From a virus (lineage: Duplodnaviria; Caudoviricetes), in the IMG/VR virus record IMGVR_UViG_3300024187_000007, positions 2,131 to 66,130 of that record: a stretch of 64,000 bases of DNA. The stretch is one strand, 5' to 3'. The position numbers and the translations under genes were made by a program. The notes beneath the pieces were generated by a model, which made no database searches, was not told the origin of the DNA, and saw nothing but the letters and a program-made list of their open reading frames with translations. Each line of letters starts with the position of its first letter. Positions within the stretch are counted from its first letter, which is position 1. Shown here piece by piece: positions 1 through 8,033 of the stretch.

Positions 1-2
1 AC

Positions 3-245
3 GGTCTCGGCCAGATGTTAGGCGTGGCTGATCAGCATCTGGCCGCGCCGGCGTGGCATGAGGCTCCACAGCAGGGCTTTGCGATGCCCGCCGAGCGACC
101 TCGGCAGATGCCAGGCCATGAGCGCCTCCGGCAGGCCATTGCCCAGGAACGCCTCCAGCGTGAGGCCGAGGCCACCGCTCGTCGTGAACAGGCGGCCCAC
201 AACCATCTGCAACCCCCGCCGACACGCCGTCGGCCGCGACCGTAG
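3..245 (+). CDS. 3' end of a hypothetical protein entering from the left edge (partial)
   Basis: Frame is open from the window edge to TAG at 243-245, followed by an AGGAG RBS for the next gene. Confidence 0.5.
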   Translation, partial: GLGQMLGVADQHLAAPAWHEAPQQGFAMPAERPRQMPGHERLRQAIAQERLQREAEATARREQAAHNHLQPPPTRRRPRP

Positions 246-266
246 CACGATCAGAGGAGTCAACCC

Positions 267-1271
267 ATGTGTGTCATCTTGGTGTGTCAAGAGAAAGCGC
301 CGACCAAGGCCATTCTGGAGGCCTGTGCGGAGAAGAACCCCCACGGGGCCGGCATGGCGTGGCGGGACGGGAACGTCGTCAAGTTCACCAAGGGCCTGAA
401 CTTCAAGGTCCCGGACATCCTGAAGGTCATCGACAAGATCAAGCTGCCGTACATCATCCACTTCCGGATCAGCTCGGTGGGCATTGTGGCCAGCGATCTC
501 TGTCATCCATTTCCCTTCGGCGCGGCCGACCAGCGGTGGACCGGGGAGACCAAGCACGGGGTGCTGTTCCACAACGGGACGTACCACCAGTGGAAATCCG
601 AACTGCGCGACATGTGCCGCGCGACGGGCCGCCGGCTGCCGGATGGGCGATGGTCAGATTCGCGTGCCATGGCGGCGCTGGCCGGGGCCTACGGCTCCAG
701 CTACCTGCACCTGCTCGACGAGAAGATCGCGTACCTGACGCCGACCGAGATTGAGATCATCGGGACGTTCCAGCAGGGCTGGAAGGAGATCGACAAGATT
801 TGGTTCTCGAACGATCTCTGGCTGCCGGAAAAAAAAACCACGCCGTATCACTACCCCGGCAACAACGCTGGCAATACGGGCACTGGGGCGACTAATGCCG
901 GCCCCGTGGTCGGCAGCTTCGCGGGCCGTGGACAAGGGACGGCCCGGACAGCCACCCTGCCGACCCCGGTCAAGAAGCCGGCCGAGTGCGGCCACGATTC
1001 GACCTACCACTGGACGGATTCCCGCCGCTTCTGCGTGACCTGCGGCATCCGGTTGGACAACGTGAAGAACGAGCCGTGGGTGTCGCCGCCGTACATCCGC
1101 ACCGAGCAGACGGTCCTGCCGGGCGTCGAGTCGACGGATCCGGATACGACGCTGCCGGTGGTCGCCGTGGCCAAGACCATCCACACCCAGAACATCGCCG
1201 AACGGGTGAAGCGCCTGTGCGTCCGCAACGTCGTCGAGACGCGCGAAGGCATCCCGCCGCAGATGCACTAG
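267..1271 (+). CDS. class II (Ntn) glutamine amidotransferase with low-complexity linker and C-terminal Cys/His zinc-finger-like tail
   Basis: N-terminal MC nucleophile, NPHGAG, IIHFRISS, CHPF, LFHNG and DSR motifs typical of GATase-II; AGGAG RBS; tail has CGH...CVTC. Confidence 0.88.
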   Translation: MCVILVCQEKAPTKAILEACAEKNPHGAGMAWRDGNVVKFTKGLNFKVPDILKVIDKIKLPYIIHFRISSVGIVASDLCHPFPFGAADQRWTGETKHGVLFHNGTYHQWKSELRDMCRATGRRLPDGRWSDSRAMAALAGAYGSSYLHLLDEKIAYLTPTEIEIIGTFQQGWKEIDKIWFSNDLWLPEKKTTPYHYPGNNAGNTGTGATNAGPVVGSFAGRGQGTARTATLPTPVKKPAECGHDSTYHWTDSRRFCVTCGIRLDNVKNEPWVSPPYIRTEQTVLPGVESTDPDTTLPVVAVAKTIHTQNIAERVKRLCVRNVVETREGIPPQMH

Positions 1272-1461
1272 AAGGGATAACCCCATGCGACGCTGTGCGC
1301 TGTGCGGTCAATGGTTCCACAATGTTCCTCGTCACGTCGTGCGCGTGCACGCGTTGACCTCAGACCGGGTCGACCCATTCCGGGCGACCCCAACGGACGG
1401 CCGTGAGGCCGACCATGCACCGGGCGAACTGGCCATCCAGTTCGACCCCTTCGGAGGTCCC

Positions 1462-1977
1462 ATGAAGTCAGCAACACAGCAGTGGCTCAGCTACACCGAC
1501 GGCCTGCTCGCCAAGGGCGACGAGGCGTCGGCCGAGATCGCGCTCCTCATGTCGGTCCAGCGCGGACCCGACTACGTCCGGACGGCGGCCCGCGAAGGCG
1601 CGCTCATCTCGCCCAAGTCGGATGACCGGCAGCCGGTCAAGTCGCTGACGACGGCGGTGCTCCGCGCGCTCTGCTTCCCCCAGACGGCCGCGGCGCTGTC
1701 GAAGGGATCCAAGCTCGTCCAGCAGCTCCAGAAGGACTTCGGCGTGTCGGCGTCCAAGGCGCAGGCCGTGGCCGACCTGCTGAACGGCGACGCCAAGGCG
1801 GCGAACACGCCCAACTGGCAGGTGGCGGACTTCGCGGTGAAGGGCAACTACGCGCCCTTCAACACCTACTCGGGCGATCGTCGCAAGGTCGAGCAGGTGA
1901 TGGCGCAGATCGGCTCCGCGAGCCACTTCGGCATCAAGGTCCGCAAGGCGGCGGCGCTGTTCGGCTACTCGATCTAG
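1462..1977 (+). CDS. hypothetical protein
   Basis: GGAGG RBS before ATG 1462; strong GC3 codon bias. Confidence 0.7.
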   Translation: MKSATQQWLSYTDGLLAKGDEASAEIALLMSVQRGPDYVRTAAREGALISPKSDDRQPVKSLTTAVLRALCFPQTAAALSKGSKLVQQLQKDFGVSASKAQAVADLLNGDAKAANTPNWQVADFAVKGNYAPFNTYSGDRRKVEQVMAQIGSASHFGIKVRKAAALFGYSI

Positions 1978-2185
1978 TCGGCCTCGGGCCGGCCAGAGGC
2001 CGCACGTCTAACGGGAACTCTGTTCAAAGGATGGCCGGGAAAGCCGGCTGCTGCACACACGGTGTGCTCAGAGCAACTTCCAACGACCGGCGGCATGGCT
2101 GTCAGGGTTGGAGTGGGTTAACCCCTGCTCCAGCCCTCCAGCTGTCAGTGAGGGCTAGGCCCATGAATTTCTGCTTGGAGGACGT
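1978..2185 (+). promoter_or_regulatory. structured 5' leader (candidate cis-regulatory RNA) upstream of the amidoligase
   Basis: Three-way junction (CTCTG 2018-2022/CAGAG 2069-2073; GCCGG/CCGGC; GCACAC/GTGTGC) plus mutually exclusive hairpins 2104-2137 and 2132-2156 near the GGAGG RBS. Confidence 0.35.
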
Positions 2186-3337
2186 ATGACTGCGAAAGCG
2201 ACGAGCGAGGGCACGCTGCCACAATTGGCGGCCATCTCGACCATGCGGCCGTTGTTCGGCTGCGACCCGGAGTTCTTCTTCGCTGCGCCTGATGGGCATG
2301 TCGTGGGGGCCGAGACGGTCCTGCCCGACGGCGGCCTGAAGTACAACGACCGCGCGGTCGGCACGGGGTCGAGGAACACCACGACCTACGTCGACGGCGG
2401 CGGAATGGTCGTGATCGACGGCGTGCAGGCCGAAATGCACCCCCACCCGAACACCTGCCGCGCCAACATCGTGTTCGAGGTGGCCGAGTGCTTCCGGACC
2501 ATCAAGAAACAGCTGGACGCCAAGGGGGTCTGCGCCAACTTCAAGGGCGTGGTGGAGGTCGACCAGGCCGTGCTGGACGCCCTGAGCGAGGCGGCCCGGA
2601 AGCTCGGGTGCAGTCCCTCGAAGAACGCCTACGGCCTCGGGTCGGCCGAGCTGGCCGCCATCGACGCCACGACCTACCGGACGCGCTCAGCCGGCGGTCA
2701 CTTGCACATGAGCGGGGCGCGGTGCTTCGGCAGCCCCGAGTCGACGGTCGAGATCCTCGACGCCATCGTCGGCAACACCTGTGTGCTGCTCGACCGCGAT
2801 CCGCAGATGGCCGAGCGGCGTCGGCTCTACGGCCGCGCGGGCGAGTTTCGGACGCCCAAGGTTGACAAGGGGCAGGGCGCGGATCTGGAGTACCGGACGC
2901 TGTCCAACTTCTGGCTGCGCTCGGACAAGCTCATGAGCTTCGCCTTTGGCCTCGCCCGGCTGGCGACGTCGATCATCGAGGCGGGCTACGCGCCGAACAT
3001 CAAAGCCGCGGTCGAGCGCGAGGCCATCATCACGGCCATTAACACGAACGACTTCGATCTGGCCCGGGCCAACTTCAACAAGCTGCGGCCGCTGATCGAG
3101 GTCATGGTGCCCAGCTTCTCGGGTATGGCGTCGCTGCCGCTGGGCCGGGGCGTCATGGACCCCTTCGACTTCTTTGTCGACAAGGGCCTCGACCACTGGT
3201 TCCCGGGTGACCCCGTGGCCCGGTGGTGCAGCTTCACCGAAGGTCACGGCCACGGCTGGGAGAGCTTCCTCGCCGGCGAGGTGACCAAGCAGTACAACGC
3301 GTCCAAGGTCGCGGCGGCTGCACAGCCGGCTGCCTAG
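2186..3337 (+). CDS. phiEco32-like COOH-NH2 ligase type 2 (glutamine synthetase/carboxylate-amine ligase fold)
   Basis: FGCDPEFF, DGVQAEMHP, RSAGGHLH, RRRLYGRAGEFR and LEYRTLSNFWL motifs; GGAGG RBS. Confidence 0.88.
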   Translation: MTAKATSEGTLPQLAAISTMRPLFGCDPEFFFAAPDGHVVGAETVLPDGGLKYNDRAVGTGSRNTTTYVDGGGMVVIDGVQAEMHPHPNTCRANIVFEVAECFRTIKKQLDAKGVCANFKGVVEVDQAVLDALSEAARKLGCSPSKNAYGLGSAELAAIDATTYRTRSAGGHLHMSGARCFGSPESTVEILDAIVGNTCVLLDRDPQMAERRRLYGRAGEFRTPKVDKGQGADLEYRTLSNFWLRSDKLMSFAFGLARLATSIIEAGYAPNIKAAVEREAIITAINTNDFDLARANFNKLRPLIEVMVPSFSGMASLPLGRGVMDPFDFFVDKGLDHWFPGDPVARWCSFTEGHGHGWESFLAGEVTKQYNASKVAAAAQPAA

Positions 3338-3341
3338 GGCC

Positions 3342-3467
3342 ATGTCCAGCAAGTGGTTCGAGTCGTTCTGCGTGAGGTGCCGACGGTTCAAGAAATGCCG
3401 AATCGTCGGCGGATTCTGTACAGGAGTTGCCCTCTGTGCAAAGTGTACGAAAAGTCAAGGGGCTTGA
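3342..3467 (+). CDS. 41-aa Cys-rich microprotein
   Basis: MSSKWFESFCVRCRRFKKC...LCAKC; fills the gap between neighbours. Confidence 0.45.
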   Translation: MSSKWFESFCVRCRRFKKCRIVGGFCTGVALCAKCTKSQGA

Positions 3468-3468
3468 C

Positions 3469-3687
3469 ATGTTCGCAAACTTCGTCAACACCGTCCTCGG
3501 CCTGCCCACGCCGTGGGATCAGCTGACCGGGTTCCAGCAGTCCATGGTCATGGTGCTGCTGGCCTTCTGGGCGTGGGTCCTGTTCATGGTCGGGCTGTTC
3601 GTGTGGCGGTGGATTGAGTCGTGGCGACTGCGCCGTCGGCTGATCTCCTCACAACAGTTCATGAAGCGCGAATGGCCGCTGCCATGA
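3469..3687 (+). CDS. small membrane protein
   Basis: Hydrophobic segment MVMVLLAFWAWVLFMVGLFVW; starts 1 nt after the previous stop. Confidence 0.6.
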   Translation: MFANFVNTVLGLPTPWDQLTGFQQSMVMVLLAFWAWVLFMVGLFVWRWIESWRLRRRLISSQQFMKREWPLP

Positions 3688-3845
3688 CGGCCGACGAGAA
3701 AATCGAGTTGCTCATGCAGGACATCCGCGGCATGATTCCTGTCGGAGACGGCTGGCTGTTCCGACAGATTGCCAGAATCCTTGTCCGCAAGGGCTGGGTG
3801 CGCTCGTCGGCCGAACCGCCGCGGTGCCCGTACTGTAAGTGTTAG
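3684..3845 (+). CDS. small hypothetical protein
   Basis: ATGA overlap with the upstream stop; ends CPYCKC. Confidence 0.55.
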   Translation: MTADEKIELLMQDIRGMIPVGDGWLFRQIARILVRKGWVRSSAEPPRCPYCKC

Positions 3846-4010
3846 GAGGCTGACCCGTGACCGACCACGCGGCCGACCGCTTCTACAATGGCCCCAGGCT
3901 GCCTATAATCGCCCTGTGGGCCACGATCGTTGTCTTGTCCATTGTCCGGTCCATTGTTACGTCCGTCACGTCCATACGGCCCTAGAGGCCAGAGAGGCTA
4001 GGTTAGTCCC

Positions 4011-4316
4011 ATGTCTATGCACGCATCCCAGTCCTGCTGTGGGTTCGGCGAGTTCGCCGGTCTGCGGGGCAAGACGCCCAAAGACATCTTGGGCGAGGTG
4101 CTGTCGGCCGAAGGCTTGGCCAGCCACGTGCTGTTCACCGACATCACGGCGAGCGCGGAGATGCCCAAGCTCGTCAGCATCATCAACGCGCTCGGCCTCG
4201 GTGAGATCGTCCAAGGGCCGGTGGCGGTCAACCCCAGCTCGCGCAACCGCATCACCGGCTGGATCTTCGCCCCGAACTACGGCAAGGTCCGCACGTTCGT
4301 CAACTCGGCCCTCTAG
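4011..4316 (+). CDS. hypothetical protein, paralogue A
   Basis: Alignable by eye with 4354..4755 (CGxxExxGL, HxxFxD, GLG...NPSSxNxIxGW...PxY). Confidence 0.75.
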   Translation: MSMHASQSCCGFGEFAGLRGKTPKDILGEVLSAEGLASHVLFTDITASAEMPKLVSIINALGLGEIVQGPVAVNPSSRNRITGWIFAPNYGKVRTFVNSAL

Positions 4317-4353
4317 GGTCGACCTTCGTCAACCAACGTCAGGAGACCAAACC

Positions 4354-4755
4354 ATGGCAACACTTCGTGAAACAAGCAGCTGCGGCATCCGCGAGCTGAA
4401 CGGCCTGAACGGCAACGGCTACGGCACCCGCACGGATGGCATCTCGGACAACCTCGTCCGGGTGCTGCAGACGGCGCTGCAGGGCAAGGGGCAGCGTGCC
4501 CACCTGTGGTTCAGCGACGTCAACAGTCCGAATCGCGGAGGCCGACGGCTCTGCGACGTCATCCTGCGCTACGGCCTCGGTCCGGTGGCCGAGTCGGTGC
4601 CGGCCCGCAACCCCAGCTCCGGCAACACCATCGTCGGCTGGGTCTGGACGCCGGACTACGCCGCGGTCGCCTCGTTCGTCAAAGGTACCCTCAAGCCCAT
4701 CAGCCCGAAGCCCATTGCGGCCAAGGGCACGGCGAGAAGCAAGGCCCGTCGGTAG
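4354..4755 (+). CDS. hypothetical protein, paralogue B
   Basis: AGGAG RBS; shares motifs with 4011..4316; basic C-terminal tail. Confidence 0.75.
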   Translation: MATLRETSSCGIRELNGLNGNGYGTRTDGISDNLVRVLQTALQGKGQRAHLWFSDVNSPNRGGRRLCDVILRYGLGPVAESVPARNPSSGNTIVGWVWTPDYAAVASFVKGTLKPISPKPIAAKGTARSKARR

Positions 4756-4768
4756 GGCAACGCGGGCT

Positions 4769-4802
4769 GGGTCAGCCGCCCCCTCTATAGGGGCGGCGAC
4801 CC
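4769..4802. terminator. GC-rich hairpin between convergent genes (probable terminator)
   Basis: GGGTC-A-GCCGCCCCCT-CTAT-AGGGGCGGC-GACCC inverted repeat between the + gene ending 4755 and the - gene ending 4870. Confidence 0.55.
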
Positions 4803-4869
4803 GCCCCACGTCAGATGTTAGGGTTAAGTCCTGCAACGGCAAGTACTTGCAGGCACATTTGCGGGTGGG

Positions 4870-5868
4870 TCACTTACTGGGTCGCGCCTTCTTCGACCCA
4901 CTCGGTTCTTCTGGCGGTTCCACGGCCTCAGAGGGTCGCCCCGGATCACTCAAGGGTTGACGGTGGTCTGTAGCCATCGCGCCTGATCCGGCTCGGCCGC
5001 TGGCCCCGTGGGACTGTGCTCGGCGCAGCAGTGATCGACAGGCCTCCTCGGTTTTCCCAGTTCGCTGGGCGAGCACCTTGGCCTTCTCTCGGATCGACGC
5101 GGTCCGGGGGTCAGTCATGACGAGAGCGACGGCCGTGTCCAGGTCCTGCTGCGCCGAGGTCCAGAAGCCGTTATCCAAGCGATGCAAGGACAAGTGGCCC
5201 TCTTCAATGGATCGGCCGGTGTAGTAGAGTCTGGCCTTGGTAAACCGCAGAATCGCGTCCATGCGGCCGACCACATAGTTCGACCCGCGGACATCCGAGA
5301 TCAGCGACTGCCCGCCCTCTTGACTGGGTTTGCGTTCATGGGTAATCAAAATCATGGCTGCCGGAAAGCAGGCCGCCTGCAACGCCGCCGTCACATTCCG
5401 CATGTCGGTCGAATCGTTCTCGTCCGACGGGTGGGCCTCTCGCAACGTATCGACGACCACCGCGACCGGTTGCCACTGGGCAATGGTCGCCGTCAGGAGA
5501 TGGGCATGATCAGGATTGAGAATGTTGAACGGCATCGTGTTGAGGGTTTCCCGGTCGGCGAAGATGACCTTATCGACGGCGGTGACCCCGCTGGCCTTGA
5601 GGTCTTTGAGCCGGGCGATCCACAGGCTCCGTGGTGTGTCGAGCTGGACGTAGACCACTGGTCCGGTTTTGCAGATCGGGAAGCCGAGCCAGTCTCCGCC
5701 GTCCTGTATCGCCTGCGCGAGCTGCAACGCTGCGTAGGATTTGCCGACCTTGGCTTCGCCGTAGAGGACAATGGAGCCACCGGCCGGGATTAATGGCTTG
5801 ACGAGCCACGTGTCAGGCTCAGTCGGCAGATCAAGGTAGTCTTTCCCGACGTAGGCAGCTGGAGGCAT
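4870..5868 (-). CDS. RepA/AAA_25-type (RecA-fold SF4-like) helicase
   Basis: WLVKPLIP, Walker A GEAKVGKS, Walker B VVVDTL, ILITHERK, DVRGS; probable start at MPPAAY. Confidence 0.85.
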   Translation of the reverse strand: MPPAAYVGKDYLDLPTEPDTWLVKPLIPAGGSIVLYGEAKVGKSYAALQLAQAIQDGGDWLGFPICKTGPVVYVQLDTPRSLWIARLKDLKASGVTAVDKVIFADRETLNTMPFNILNPDHAHLLTATIAQWQPVAVVVDTLREAHPSDENDSTDMRNVTAALQAACFPAAMILITHERKPSQEGGQSLISDVRGSNYVVGRMDAILRFTKARLYYTGRSIEEGHLSLHRLDNGFWTSAQQDLDTAVALVMTDPRTASIREKAKVLAQRTGKTEEACRSLLRRAQSHGASGRAGSGAMATDHRQPLSDPGRPSEAVEPPEEPSGSKKARPSK

Positions 5869-5913
5869 GGCCCATGGTCGCACGACCGGCGGCCGGCCGT
5901 CAAGGGGTAGCAC

Positions 5914-6180
5914 ATGGATGCGATCACACAACATCACATTTTGACCGCCAAGGCGAAGGATCTGTTCAAGATCCGTGCGACCCTGATCTCGGTCGTCGAG
6001 GACATGGCCGAAGAGATCAAAGATCGTGCCAACGACTTGGAGGACGCGTACTTCCCCGACCTCGGCGGCCCGGTGGTCAGCCGCGTTGACATGATGACGC
6101 TGGTCGACGCGGTCGTCAAGGACATCGTGCACATCATCGAGAAGGCCAGCGACGACGCCGTGGAGGCCGCCCATGGCTAA
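5914..6180 (+). CDS. hypothetical protein
   Basis: ORF with codon bias; overlaps the next start. Confidence 0.6.
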   Translation: MDAITQHHILTAKAKDLFKIRATLISVVEDMAEEIKDRANDLEDAYFPDLGGPVVSRVDMMTLVDAVVKDIVHIIEKASDDAVEAAHG

Positions 6181-6376
6181 GGTTAGTCAGCAGGTTCGAG
6201 AAGCTACTGGTGCTATCTACGTCGACGATTCGATCAAGTCGCACCTCTTGAGTGAGACGTGCCAAATGTGGGAGTGTATCACCTGTGGTGCCGTTGTCAC
6301 ACTCTTGGACGACTACCTGTGTACTCAGTGCGGCACACAGCACACGCCAGACTTTGGCGAGGATGGCGGTTCCTGA
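6173..6376 (+). CDS. small zinc-ribbon protein
   Basis: CITC...CTQC. Confidence 0.55.
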   Translation: MAKVSQQVREATGAIYVDDSIKSHLLSETCQMWECITCGAVVTLLDDYLCTQCGTQHTPDFGEDGGS

Positions 6377-6377
6377 T

Positions 6378-6710
6378 ATGCAGCCCTTTAAGCTGATCCC
6401 CAACAGCCTCCGCCCCGTGGGCGAGCGTGACGACCGTCCGGTGGTCTACGTCTGCTATCGGACGTGGGAACCCATCATCAAATGGTGTGCCCGCATGGAA
6501 GGCGGCACCGCGTGGGCGTTCGCCAAGAATCGCGGCATCGCCATCGAACGGGCCATCGTTGAAGGGACTGGCTGCCACTTCACCGATCACGAGACCATCC
6601 GCGAGGTCAAAGCCAGCTGTCGCATTAAAGTGTTCGAGGTCCGGCCGCCACGGGACGTCCAGTGGCCGGCCCAGACGTTTACCAACACGCCCAGAAAGGT
6701 GACCCCATGA
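6378..6710 (+). CDS. hypothetical protein
   Basis: Operon packing; start uncertain (6363 or 6378). Confidence 0.5.
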   Translation: MQPFKLIPNSLRPVGERDDRPVVYVCYRTWEPIIKWCARMEGGTAWAFAKNRGIAIERAIVEGTGCHFTDHETIREVKASCRIKVFEVRPPRDVQWPAQTFTNTPRKVTP

Positions 6711-7171
6711 AGATCCGTGTTAACCACCCCGTCGTCCGCTTCGCCTACCTGTTCCAAGGGCAAGAACCGCCGGAACGCTACGACTACACCCGCCAGCGGT
6801 ACGGCCCTAAGCCAACCAGCCTCTGTCCGTTGTTCTGGCGCTGTGTGCTGAACGCCATCGTGCTGGTCGTTCCGACGCTACTCGCCTGCGTCGGCCTGTT
6901 CTACCTCGGCCGGTTCATCTGGCACTACTGGAAAGACGTGCTGATAGGCATTGCCGTCACCGTCGCATGGATGTCCGCCCTGACCGGCATCGTGTACGCC
7001 TTCGCGTCAGACGGCCTCGACTGGGGTCAGAAGTGCCTTGATGGCTTGTCAACTGCCGCGGACGTGGTCATCGTCAAGCCGATTGACGCCGCGGCCGACT
7101 CGGTCGTCTGGGAAATGATCAAAGCGGTCAAAGCCAAGGTCTGCCCCATCGTCACCTTCGTCCAGGAGTAG
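6707..7171 (+). CDS. membrane protein (two predicted TM segments)
   Basis: AIVLVVPTLLACVGLFYLG and VLIGIAVTVAWMSALTGIVYAF; ATGA overlap. Confidence 0.7.
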   Translation: MKIRVNHPVVRFAYLFQGQEPPERYDYTRQRYGPKPTSLCPLFWRCVLNAIVLVVPTLLACVGLFYLGRFIWHYWKDVLIGIAVTVAWMSALTGIVYAFASDGLDWGQKCLDGLSTAADVVIVKPIDAAADSVVWEMIKAVKAKVCPIVTFVQE

Positions 7172-7174
7172 TCC

Positions 7175-7534
7175 ATGCCCGGTGAGCGTCCAAAACCTCC
7201 GCGTCCGGAGTTTGTCCGCGTGCCGCTGGGTCAGATCCAGTGGCGCACGATTGCCCCCGACTGGGCCGATCCGCCGAAGCCCGCAGCTAAGCCCGTCGAA
7301 CGGGGTTTTGCCTATCGGACGATCGATGGCACGCCTCGGGAGTACTTCCCCGGGGATCTGCCCAAGCTGATCCTCCGCAGCGACGGCCGGGTCGAGCAGA
7401 TCTGTGAGCACGGCGTCGGCCACCCTGTCGGGACCGCTGGTGTCCGCTGGGATCCCGCGTGGATGGGCGTCCACGGCTGCTGCGGCTGCTGCCGTCTGGA
7501 ACTGCCGCCCGGGGCCGAAGAGACAAGAGGCTAA
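7175..7534 (+). CDS. hypothetical protein with Cys/His-rich C-terminus
   Basis: AGGAG RBS; CEHGVGHP...HGCCGCC. Confidence 0.65.
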   Translation: MPGERPKPPRPEFVRVPLGQIQWRTIAPDWADPPKPAAKPVERGFAYRTIDGTPREYFPGDLPKLILRSDGRVEQICEHGVGHPVGTAGVRWDPAWMGVHGCCGCCRLELPPGAEETRG

Positions 7535-7539
7535 AGGCC

Positions 7540-7746
7540 ATGCCACTGCAAACTGTCGCAGACCTTGAACGGGAATTGCTGGCAAAGAGACGAGCCGCCC
7601 GTCGCAAACCCAAGGCCGTTCGTCTGCTCGAAGCCCAGATGGCCGTGGTCAACGCGATCCTCGCTGAATGGGGCCGCGGCACCAGCGACGACCGCAACCA
7701 CGCCGACGACCTCTCGGCCGCCATCGACAAGGTACAGGTGGACTAA
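7540..7746 (+). CDS. small hypothetical protein
   Basis: Operon packing; TAATG overlap with next gene. Confidence 0.55.
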   Translation: MPLQTVADLERELLAKRRAARRKPKAVRLLEAQMAVVNAILAEWGRGTSDDRNHADDLSAAIDKVQVD

Positions 7747-8033
7747 TGACCCGACACGACATGCTCATGGTCAAGGCCATGGAAGAGTGCAACGAAGTGG
7801 CACACCGCCTCTCGAAGGCACTCAGATTTGGTCTCGACGAAGTCCAGCCCGGACAGCCCTTGGACAACCACCAACGCATTGTGGACGAGTACAGCGATTT
7901 GGTGGCGGCCATGGAACTCCTCGGCATCGGGGCAGGCTTCCCGACCATCAGCCGCGACCTGATCGAGACCAAAAAGGCCCGCATCGAAAAGTACCTACAG
8001 GTCTCAGTGACCCGTGGTAGACTGGACCCATGA
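7746..8033 (+). CDS. MazG-like nucleotide pyrophosphohydrolase
   Basis: EECNEV...KALRFG...DEYSDL all-alpha NTP-PPase acidic pattern. Confidence 0.7.
   Translation: MTRHDMLMVKAMEECNEVAHRLSKALRFGLDEVQPGQPLDNHQRIVDEYSDLVAAMELLGIGAGFPTISRDLIETKKARIEKYLQVSVTRGRLDP

Noticed and set aside
3464-3492. TTGACA at 3464-3469 as a promoter
   Set aside because: No -10 element at 16-18 nt spacing; it is explained by the stop/start junction
4870-6174. 434-aa long form of the helicase
   Set aside because: The first ~100 residues are the antisense of gene 5914..6180; homology-like sequence starts at MPPAAY (5868)
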